Shown here piece after piece: positions 14,501-22,826 of a stretch of DNA of 64,000 bases (position 1 is its first letter; each line of letters opens with the position of its first letter). The stretch is from Phoronis australis (lineage: Eukaryota; Animalia; Phoronida), in the NCBI GenBank assembly GCA_002633005.1, contig NMRA01000319.1, positions 449,513-513,512 of the forward strand, in the 5' to 3' direction. The notes under the pieces were generated by a model. That model was not told the origin of the DNA, searched no databases, and saw nothing but the letters and a program-made list of their open reading frames with translations. The translations under genes were made by a program, and so were the position numbers.

Positions 14501-17500
14501 TCCTCTTCAGCTGTTCGACGCGCTCATAGACTGTAGTCGTAAGTGTTTGTAGGCACTTTCCATGCAGTGTAGGTAAAGAGATGATAATTGGGCAAAATGA
14601 CTGGAAATTACCCGCCACGGTGACTCGGAGCGAGCCGAATTTCCTGTTAGTTTGGTTGGAATGATGAGTCTTGACGTGTCGTTACTGGTGATGATGCAGT
14701 AATGGAATTTTGCTTGATGGTTTCTGGGTAGTAATAGTAGTTGCACAATGATTGGCTGCCAACGAAGGGTACATGGGGCTATAAAACAGTGATACTGTAT
14801 TAAAAATGTAGAATTGATTAAACACACAACACTTTTCGTTATTGACAGTCTTTATTCTGTTTCGTGAACATGTTCAAAACATTGATGAAGTAACTGACCA
14901 AGAGACATGATTAAAAGGTACACAATATTTTGAAAGTACAACGTACTTGTTTCATTCTCAAGTGGAAATAAAATGACGCAGTAATGCCACCACAGAGCAT
15001 AAGCTAATGACACACACAGTGGGACACGGCGGGTGTGAAATACTGCAAAGAATGACTAACGAAGGGGGGTAACAGGAAAGTCACGCAAATAAGTGTAACA
15101 TGTATCACGACCCTGTTCACTGCTCATTCAAAACAGGCTTCTCAAATGCTATCAAAAGGGTCTTCAATACTTTCAATCGCAGCCTATCGTGCTCTACGTA
15201 ACGAATTGATATGTTTTAAAAATGTGCAAAACTTACCCGAGTTAGCGCCTAATCAGAAAACAATTGTCCGATTAAGTGTGAACAGATGGGCCGTGAGAAT
15301 ATTAAACCTGGATGGCATGGTCCTGCATACCAGGCAGCGCTTTGTGTAGTGCCGTCAGGTCTCTGATTGAGATTTGGTTTTGATCACTTGTAAAATTTGG
15401 ACTTAGCTCTCTTTTCGCATGATTTTCAAATTTGAAGCAGTTGATGATTGCTTCTAATGTCATCAACCTCTAGCTAAAAATCTTGTGTGACATAGACTGT
15501 AGCCAAGGCAATTTGTATTTGTTTCTTTAAATAGAATTTATGCCATCCATTCTTGGTCTGGACCAAACCATGTTTTAAATTCAGTCCTGTTAGAGGGCGC
15601 CATCAAGATGCAGCCTGACTACATTTTCCTGAAAGTTACTTCTAAACACTGCTGTGCCAATAACAGAGACTTAAACTTTGGGTTTATACTCTTGTTTTGT
15701 GTCTTGCAGAACTAGAAAACACAGAAGAATGCATCGAGAGGTTACGAGAGCTCATTTCCTCACTACCCCGCACCATTGTAGTCGTCATGCGTTACCTGTT
15801 TGCCTTCCTCAACCAGTAAGTCCGAAAATAGATACTGCTGAAATAGATTGAATACAGGAAGTCAGAAAATAGATATTGCAGAAATGGATTGAATACAGGA
15901 AGTGAGGACATCCATTTAGCAATGTTTCGCCGGCATCTCATGGAAATTAGTTTAGCTGCTCTTAGTGAGACTTACCGGTAGGGCTTTGGTCAAGGAGCGC
16001 GGTTAATCCGCGATGGTTCTGTCACACAGTGACAAGGTCACTTTTCCTACTGTTCAGTTGTCATTCAGTACCTTAGTCTGTGTGATAGAGGCCTGATGCT
16101 GAGGCCATGTAGTTTTACCACAAACTCTAGATGGTGCCATTTTAATTCCAATCAGTTTGTCTTCAGTCTATAAGAGATAGTGGCTATGTCTCATGGTTGC
16201 TTATTTGGTGGCCATGGTTGTAGCATTTGGTTTATTCTGTATCTGCTGCTACTGTATGTCTCAAAACTTTGTGTGCATAACAGTAAGTCTGCGGTGATCA
16301 CACGTGGTTCCCTATCAGGAAAAATATCTATGTCACATGATTGTGTTTGCAGCCTATCAGAGATAGTGACTCTGTCAGGTGTTACCTGTGCTAGCCTATC
16401 AGAGATAATGACTTGGTCACATGGCTGTGTTTGCAGCCTATCAGAGATATTGATATTGTGAGGTGTTAACTGTGCAGGCCTATCAGAGGTAATGACTACA
16501 TCACCTGTCTATGTTTGCAGCCTATCAGAGATATTGACAATGTCAGGTGGTTACCTGTGCTAGCCTATCAGAAATAATGACTATGTCACATGACTGTGTT
16601 TGCAGCCTATCAGAGATATTGACACTGTCAGGTGGCTACCTGTGCTAGCCTATCAGAAATAATGACTACGTCACATGACTGTTTGCAGCCTATCAGAGAT
16701 ATTGACACTGTCAGCTGGTTACTTGTGCTAGCCTATCAGAAATAATGACTACGTCACATGATTGTGTTTACAGCCTATCAGAGTTCAGTGATGAGAACAT
16801 GATGGAGCCATACAATCTTGCAATCTGCTTTGGCCCCACATTGCTACCCATCCCCGCTGACAAGGACCAAGTGGCTTATCAGAACAACGTCAACGACTTG
16901 ATTAAGTTCATCATAGTGCACCAGGAGGTGATCTTCCCACGTGATGGCGGCGAAGTCTACGAGAAGTGTATTATGGACGTCATGTAAGTTTAAGGGCATC
17001 TCCGAGAGGGGCCACTGGTCGTCGTTGCACTTTTTGTTCCTTCTTTTTCAAAGAGTGGTGTTTCGTTGAGAACACCAGCTGTTTCTTTGTAGTTTAGGTG
17101 CAGATTTTGAGAACCAGTTTCCTGTACTTAAAGACAGCCATTAAACTGGTTCTCAAAATCCCGTGCCTCTGTTGCAAGCTTGATAACAAGAAAGGAGTGT
17201 TGGCCAGCAAGCATCAAGTCCCGACTGGAGTGGACAGCTTGTCAAAATATTGAGCACGATGAGGGTCCCACGTGCATGCCACCTATTGGCCACATCACTA
17301 CCTAATATCAGTCTGAAAAGATTTCTGTCCTGACCAGGACTCGAACTCGGTCTCTTGAAGTGCCCGCCAGGTGGCGTGCAGACCAGTCTTAAAAAAATTT
17401 TCTATCTGTATTTTTACGTTGGTTTAAGATTAACTTATTCATGTAGTTCCATTTTGCTTTTAGTTCACTGTCTTTTTTTCCTGTTTCAGCGATACTGGCG

Positions 17501-20500
17501 AAGTTTCAGATGATGAAGACGTGGCGAATTTGAGCGAGGATGGTAAGTTTATTTTGAAAGACATCGCTACAACCATACTGTGGGTGTGGTTGTTCCATGT
17601 AATCGCTTGGTGAATTAAATGCTGTTCTCATGCGAAAATTTAAGCTGTCATTCGAATAATAACTTTATAGCGACTTACAGTTACTGAGATTGAAACATGT
17701 GTGACTACATGTTAAGTATGTTCTGCTCTGATAACAGTTAATTGATATATTCAATGGAGTTCTGGCTATATGGTGTTATCCATATGTGCCTTGAACAGGG
17801 TGTGGAAACAGTTCAGTGATCAGAGTGGCGTTCCTTCACGGCATAGTAATCGGAATGTGCAGACAGGTGTTTTGACTTTCGAGCTAAAATGTTGTCTACA
17901 GCTTGTCTGTTAAAATAGAGCATGTTCGATTTTGCTGCGGTTTTTGATCTACTTACCAATTTTGATATGCTCTGAAATTCTGAACTCATATACGAATTTC
18001 AGACCACTGTCAACTCTTACCAATTGTTGAATATGCAGGCAATACAAAGTTGTTTATGTGTAATAGCAATGTGTAGACACACATTGTTTAAAAACCCTGG
18101 CAGGATCACTCCGTTCAGTGTCCAAACTATAACCCCAAAGAGTTTGGGAAAAAGTTCTCGGGTCAGGACCAAAAGCACTACATCCTGAACATAGTAATTC
18201 AATGAGTTGTTTCTCTCCCTGTGAAATGGTCCTGGAATGTCACATTCCAACTTGTTCAACTTACCCGAGCTGTGCACAGCAAACTCATGGGCAGTTGTTT
18301 GTGTTGTTACCGTAGAAACCAGTCAAACCAGTGAGAGATCGAGTGTCAGTAAGTGAGGTGATGACAGCATGCCTGGTACAACTCTGTCTCGCAATCCCAC
18401 AATGCACCTGTACTGACTAGTCTTCAGCACAGTCGATATCCTGTTCAAGAAAAGCAGCAGAAATGTTTACCATTTGACGTATCCAATGTTTACTAAATTG
18501 TTATGTCACTGAATTGTCTGCTGGGATCAGGCTAGATGGATGTTGAAGGTTGAAGACATCTGGCAGACAATGTGTTGTGGTATTGGGGAGTCTGGTCTGA
18601 GTGTTGCCATAAGAATGCGGACATTTTGTAGGCATGTAAGCAATGTTGGGGTTTGCAGTTTATTTAGCAGTTGGATTTGATCGGCATATTGTCCCTGTTT
18701 GTCTAGTTACTGAGAAAGTAGTAATTTTCGTTCTTTGTAGTTTTTTGAGGTTTTTAATCCTAATGCATATTTCCGACACGCATCTTGGTCATAAATTCGT
18801 TATAAGTGTTGTACGCAAATCGAATAAAGGGGGCAACTCGCGTCATGTTGATCTACACCTCAGGGATATCCTTCGTTGTCCCTCTTAGCAGTCAAATTTT
18901 GACCCGCATAACTCTTCAAAATAAGGAAAATGAGAACAGAGGACAATTCCAACATTGAAAATAACTTCTCGAGTCAGTACCAGCATAATCGATACTCAGT
19001 TCATCGATATAACGACAGTCCGGTCGCCTGAAAAATCATCTCATCAGTGACAGGATGTTGCATGTTTCTCTAATCTCGAACAAAAAAAATAATGGAAAAT
19101 ACCAAGTTAACCTCACATCTAAGTATTGGCATCCTCACCATACCTAACATACTTTAAAGGGAACGTCTCCACTGGCAATATACCCATACCAGGTGGCAGC
19201 ACATTCCCACTAACTCTTTCTATGGAAGGCCATCAGGACCATAACCACCACTCCTGGACTGCTGTTGTTGCCTGCCCATCTTAGAAATGAACCCAGCATG
19301 TACCTACCTTACTTTATTAGATAAGAATGTCAGATTATTATTAATTATTAATTATTGATGGTAAAATCAAACTAGTTTAGGACACAATAATGTGGACAAG
19401 TGAAATTTCATTTTCATATTTTTCATAAAAGATAAGCAGCACCAAAATCTTGATGTAGCACTTTCATATTCTTCACCAAAACTACCATTGGACAATTTTT
19501 TTTGAAAAATTGTGGGCATTCACAACACTGTACAATGTTAGAAGCCCTTGATTTAAAATGAAAATGGACAATTTTTGGAAGTTATTTATTTTTGAGATTG
19601 GTTAGATTTCACTGTTAGCTCTTCATTTGAGTAAGGTTGTGAATTTTGTGTAACTCCAGTCTTCGGTGTGTTATATTGCAGTAGAAAATTTTAAATTTTG
19701 TTTGTTTTTAAGGTATTTGATTGTGTCAAAACTTTTCTTTGATAGATGTTCTGCATAAAATTCTGACTAGTAAATCATAAAGTAGTTTTCATGTTATTTG
19801 AGTTCACTGAATTGCTGCTGACTTGTACCTGGACTTAGAGTCATTGTTATGTGTTGGAAACTGATTGATTATGTCTTCATTAGGATGTAGCATGCATGTT
19901 ATAGTTAGATCTAACCATAGGTTATAGACAACATATTCGCAACTCCGACATTTTCTTGGGTAATATCCTAGAGGAGGTGCCACCCTCGAAACATAGCAAA
20001 CTCAGCTTCCGGTTAGTGTATTGTGACTGGAAATACTTGCATCTATTTTACTGTCCAGTATAATGAAAAATATAACAAATTCGGCATTGAAACGCTGTTC
20101 AAAGTCTTCTAATAGCAGAACTCTTGGTATTGGAATACTTTTGGCAATGCTACTATGCTACTGGTCATGCACCCAACCACACCACAGCCGACCATGATTA
20201 GCAGAGTGACAAAGTTCTTCCCAGATGTAAAACGTGCTATGTCTGCCATGTGTCGCTAGTGAATAATGACGTCATGGCTTGTGCGTAAGATCACGGATTT
20301 CGTCTATTGAAAAAATTGAGTTGGCAGTTCATGTGCTATAGTGTATGGTCTTACTTAGTTCATGATTCAACAGTCTTGTTTATGATAATTCAAACATTGT
20401 AAATACAGTGAATTGGAATTCCACTTGCTGCTGTGAAGACAAAAATCAACAGAGGAACATTCTGAATTGACCAGTCTAAGAGACTGTCCAATAATTCTTC

Positions 20501-22826
20501 AGCCCTTTGAATCGTGCACAGTGCATTTCCCACTAGTCGTATCAAGAATTAGCACTTTTCAAGACGTTGCGCTGTTGTCGTTAATGTCCCATCAGATTCG
20601 GATAGAAAAGAGTTGATTTACTGAAGGATGCCAATGAAGCATGGCGTACATGAAGCGCTACGTGCTGAGTTAGCTGCTTCAAGTGTCAGTAAGCTAAATA
20701 CTATAGCACGTCATGGCAGAGAAACGAGACACTTGAATACACTGATATAGTTAGCATATTTCTCTGATCTGTCTCCTTTCTCTGAGCGTAACTCAGCATT
20801 GACCTTATGTGCTTTATTCACTGACATTTGAGTCAGTTCGTGGAGTGCATAGTTCTTTGTCTGCGCCATACTTAACACACCATTTATTTTTGGATATTAC
20901 TGGATGCATTCTCTTTCGCATTTTTTCAACGTTTTTTTCATCTGTATTGCTGTAAAAATATTCCACATGCTCTTGAATGAACAGTTTTGCCCATCTCAGA
21001 CGTGAAGTTAATACATTTTCATCTCGTGGCTGAAGCTGCTGTTTGTGGGGTTGCTGTGTTATAAATTGTCAATATTTCTCAGAGTGCTTTTTGCTTGTTT
21101 TAAATAAAGACCATCTCACAATTATTTTTGGTATAAATGAACTAATTATAGCAATAATGATAATACTTATAATCAATAATGCTCATATAATGTCTTGTTT
21201 GTAGAGTCTGACAACATGGATGCTGTGGCATTGTATGACTTTGAAGGTCGCACAGGTCGGGAGCTGTCATTCAAAAAGGGGGCGGTGCTTAGTGTCTTCG
21301 CGCAGGTCAACAATGACTGGTGGGAAGGGTCATACGATGGACGTGAGGGTCTGATTCCTGATGCTTATGTCACCCTCAAAGCAAAGTAAGTACCATGTCA
21401 AAAGTTCTAATGCTGGATTTACTACTCGTAAGTGAGATGGTGTAGGGGTGACTGCATACCATTGAACAAAATAAAAATATTCATTTAGTCCTTGGTTTAC
21501 CCAGCACCCCAGCTAGTTCAACTTGAACCAGGAGGAAGGTTTTGTCTAAGCAGTGTGTAACACATTGCTGTGAAACTAGCACAAAGACATTATTTCAGGT
21601 GGCTGGCAAGGGGTGGCGAGAGGTAATTAGGGGAGGGGTGGAATTGGTTGCAGCCAGTAAGGAATTTTACCCTCGTTGGAAAATATCACCTATCTATCAG
21701 ACGGAGGGATACCTTCTATTTTGAAATGAGGGGTGTTAGAACTTTTAACGCCAAACTTGTCCTAACTTAGTTGCAGATTTTCAGCCTCCAAAACCTCGCA
21801 TAGCTTCACTTCTGTATTAAACACTTACCACTGCTGCACCGTTATGAAGCTGCTTGTACTCCTTAGTCTGACTGGCCTTTGTTCATCTTGCTTTCCAGAG
21901 AGGAGCCCAATCTGATGGGCTCGAGTATGACGTCATCCATCATTCCTGAGGTTGAGAATGTCAAGGCTGAAGACAAAGTGGAGAAACGTCTTTCGACCGA
22001 ATCGCTGCCGGCAAAACCGTTCGCCCTCCATGATCCCCAGCTGGAAAAGTCCTCCTCTCATCCCAATATATCCACCACGACCATCAGCACTGACAACACT
22101 TCAGAAGCAGAGGAGTTGCAGTCACCACCACCGCTGCCCCCTAGAGGCGCACCGTTTTCTAGTATGGACATGAGCACACAGGAACTGAACCAGGAGCTTG
22201 AGAGCGCTTTAGCGAGTGTAATGGAGGATCTGGAGTCGCTACAAACGTCGGCAGCCCAGCAACAACAGCAGGGCTACAGCAAGCCCAAATCAAAACCATT
22301 GCCGCCACACCCGAAACACACCCCAGATCTTGTGCTGGACTTGCCAGAGGGTAGCAATGACCAACAGAGCGACCCTGAAGACTCCGCGGTGATAAGTGGC
22401 GCAGAGACGTTTGCCAAGTCGAACCAGAGTACGATGAAGAAGGCGTGCTCACTACCTCGGAGTACCACGCATTCGAGTGCATTCCGTCAAGGTCACGGTG
22501 GTGGTGGTGGCGACGAGACGGATAACGGCGGACCGGGGCGTGGCATCAAGCGCAGCACCAGCACCAATGCCACCATGATGTCACGACACCACCTGACGCC
22601 TGGTGTAGAGCCGTCGGTACCAGAAGATGGTGGTGCTATGCAGGATGGCAACCGGTCGCCATCGGTGGAACAGCTGCGCCGTGCCATTGCGCCCGTGATG
22701 GAAGGGAAGTTGAATCCTCCGCTGAAGTTCCGACCGCCAATCATGAAGAAGCCCACACGATCACCAGAACCAATGCCAAAACCTCAGACAGCTACAAAGA
22801 AAGGAGAAGGGTCTACAGCGCTATAG
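5344..22826 (+). CDS. SRGAP: SLIT-ROBO Rho GTPase-activating protein (srGAP1/2/3-like), 18 coding exons, 5'-partial (first coding exon upstream of window)
   Basis: Exons 5344-5527, 6440-6605, 7727-7789, 8939-9091, 9282-9410, 9903-10124, 10475-10576, 11367-11534, 12302-12408, 12804-12906, 13442-13502, 13951-14028, 14404-14538, 15710-15815, 16774-16983, 17490-17542, 21205-21385, 21899-22826. All are GT-AG and phase-compatible (3149 nt + 1 nt from the missing exon = 1050 codons incl. stop). Motifs: F-BAR (DIRQQLTDQ..LQDFFRRRAEIEMEYSRSLEKL, KARNEYL), RhoGAP (KLFGGSLEEYI, GVFRVSG, NSVAGLLKLFFREL, NMMEPYNLAICFGPTL), SH3 (AVALYDFEGRTGRELSFKKG..WWEG..GLIPDAYV). Confidence 0.95.
5610..5925. mobile_element. 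Dispersed repeat family B, copy 1 (ends ...CT-TTAA, Kolobok-like end)
   Basis: GTTGTATTGAATAGGGGTCTGAATAGAACACCATT and ACTAGTGGGCTCAGAG shared with 50990-51267; both stop at TAGRCTTTAA. Confidence 0.65.
6440..6605 (+). CDS. SRGAP: srGAP exon (F-BAR)
   Basis: ttcag|A CGA GAG...CGC AAG|gtgagt; REQWPQFSTYTAWQHLL...MYRK. Confidence 0.9.
7727..7789 (+). CDS. SRGAP: srGAP exon (F-BAR, 63 nt)
   Basis: ccag|TGT...TCG|gtaagt; CREVAMESHEEIYKVLTELQS. Confidence 0.88.
8939..9091 (+). CDS. SRGAP: srGAP exon (F-BAR)
   Basis: gcag|GCA TTG AAG ACA TAC CAC...GAG AAG|gtgtgg; ALKTYHIYHTESKQAENKLKSAE. Confidence 0.9.
9282..9410 (+). CDS. SRGAP: srGAP exon (F-BAR)
   Basis: ccag|CGT...GAC|gtaagt; RQLKYQENKVRSLKARNEYLMCIDAANAANRKYFVEDLSDIID. 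Confidence 0.93.
9903..10124 (+). CDS. SRGAP: srGAP exon (F-BAR)
   Basis: tcag|TGC ATG GAC...GAC GAG|gtgagc; CMDHGYHNALQR...PKKFEFQSHKGDE. Confidence 0.93.
10475..10576 (+). CDS. SRGAP: srGAP exon (F-BAR extension)
   Basis: tcag|ATC...GAG|gtaaga; ICQISAQKSVQDELIQRFESMNSRLNQLKLENDE. Confidence 0.9.
11367..11534 (+). CDS. SRGAP: srGAP exon
   Basis: tcag|ACA TGG AAG...ATG AAG|gtttgt; TWKSFEEADKSLITMINVKDYEVSELF...LEDYYMK. Confidence 0.9.
12302..12408 (+). CDS. SRGAP: srGAP exon
   Basis: gcag|AAA TTC...GCA AG|gttcgt; KFRAYIIQGDLSVRLTAKKNAIQKAIGDG. Confidence 0.87.
12804..12906 (+). CDS. SRGAP: srGAP exon (PxxP linker, RhoGAP start)
   Basis: ccag|A CCT CCC...ATT GAG|gtaagg; PPSLPPKPRKKRIGKAPLVGQPKLFGGSLEEYIE. 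Confidence 0.92.
13442..13502 (+). CDS. SRGAP: srGAP exon (RhoGAP)
   Basis: acag|GCG...CAC G|gtaaat; ATNQDIPPVIKSCVRVINLH. Confidence 0.92.
13951..14028 (+). CDS. SRGAP: srGAP exon (RhoGAP arginine finger)
   Basis: ccag|GA ATG...AAA G|gtaact; GMHHMGVFRVSGAIPEINEFKAAFEKG, catalytic Arg intact. Confidence 0.94.
14404..14538 (+). CDS. SRGAP: srGAP exon (RhoGAP)
   Basis: ctag|GC GAG GAT...AGT C|gtaagt; EDPLVDVTDGNCINSVAGLLKLFFRELREPLFP. Confidence 0.94.
15710..15815 (+). CDS. SRGAP: srGAP exon (RhoGAP)
   Basis: gcag|AA CTA...AAC CA|gtaagt; LENTEECIERLRELISSLPRTIVVVMRYLFAFLNH. Confidence 0.93.
15814..15903 (+). repeat. 41-bp tandem repeat (2+ copies) starting at a splice donor
   Basis: CAG(T/G)AAGTC.GAAAATAGATA.TGC.GAAAT.GATTGAATA at 15814, 15855, partial at 15896. 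Confidence 0.85.
16311..16783 (+). repeat. ~42-bp minisatellite (84-85 bp dimeric higher order) ending inside an srGAP exon
   Basis: CCTATCAG at 16311, 16353, 16395, 16437, 16479, 16521, 16564, 16606, 16649, 16689, 16732, 16774. Confidence 0.92.
16774..16983 (+). CDS. SRGAP: srGAP exon (RhoGAP end)
   Basis: tacag|C CTA TCA GAG TTC...GTC AT|gtaagt; LSEFSDENMMEPYNLAICFGPTLLP...IFPRDGGEVYEKC. Confidence 0.93.
17273..17392. mobile_element. Repeat family C (TIR element with tRNA-like core), copy 1
   Basis: TGCATGCCACCTATTGGCCACATCA...GGACTCGAACTC...CAGGTGGCGTGCAGACCAGTCT. Confidence 0.7.
17490..17542 (+). CDS. SRGAP: srGAP exon (acidic linker)
   Basis: ttcag|C GAT...GAT G|gtaagt; DTGEVSDDEDVANLSED; needed to restore phase between RhoGAP and SH3 exons. 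Confidence 0.82.
21205..21385 (+). CDS. SRGAP: srGAP exon (SH3)
   Basis: gtag|AG TCT...GCA AA|gtaagt; AVALYDFEGRTGRELSFKKG..DWWEG..GLIPDAYV. Confidence 0.94.
21899..22826 (+). CDS. SRGAP: srGAP terminal coding exon (Pro/Ser-rich tail, short coiled coil)
   Basis: ccag|A GAG GAG CCC...GCG CTA TAG; long GC-richer ORF; ELNQELESALASVMEDLESL and TPDLVLD resemble the vertebrate srGAP C-terminal coil and PDVVLD motif. Confidence 0.88.

Noticed and set aside
16311-16783. CCTATCAGA direct repeats with ~33-nt intervals as a CRISPR-like array, and ORF 16180-16461
   Set aside because: The intervals are two alternating related sequences, so it is a dimeric minisatellite; the ORF is its translation
22159-22756. 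Antisense ORFs over the srGAP last exon
   Set aside because: Expected shadows of a GC-richer coding exon
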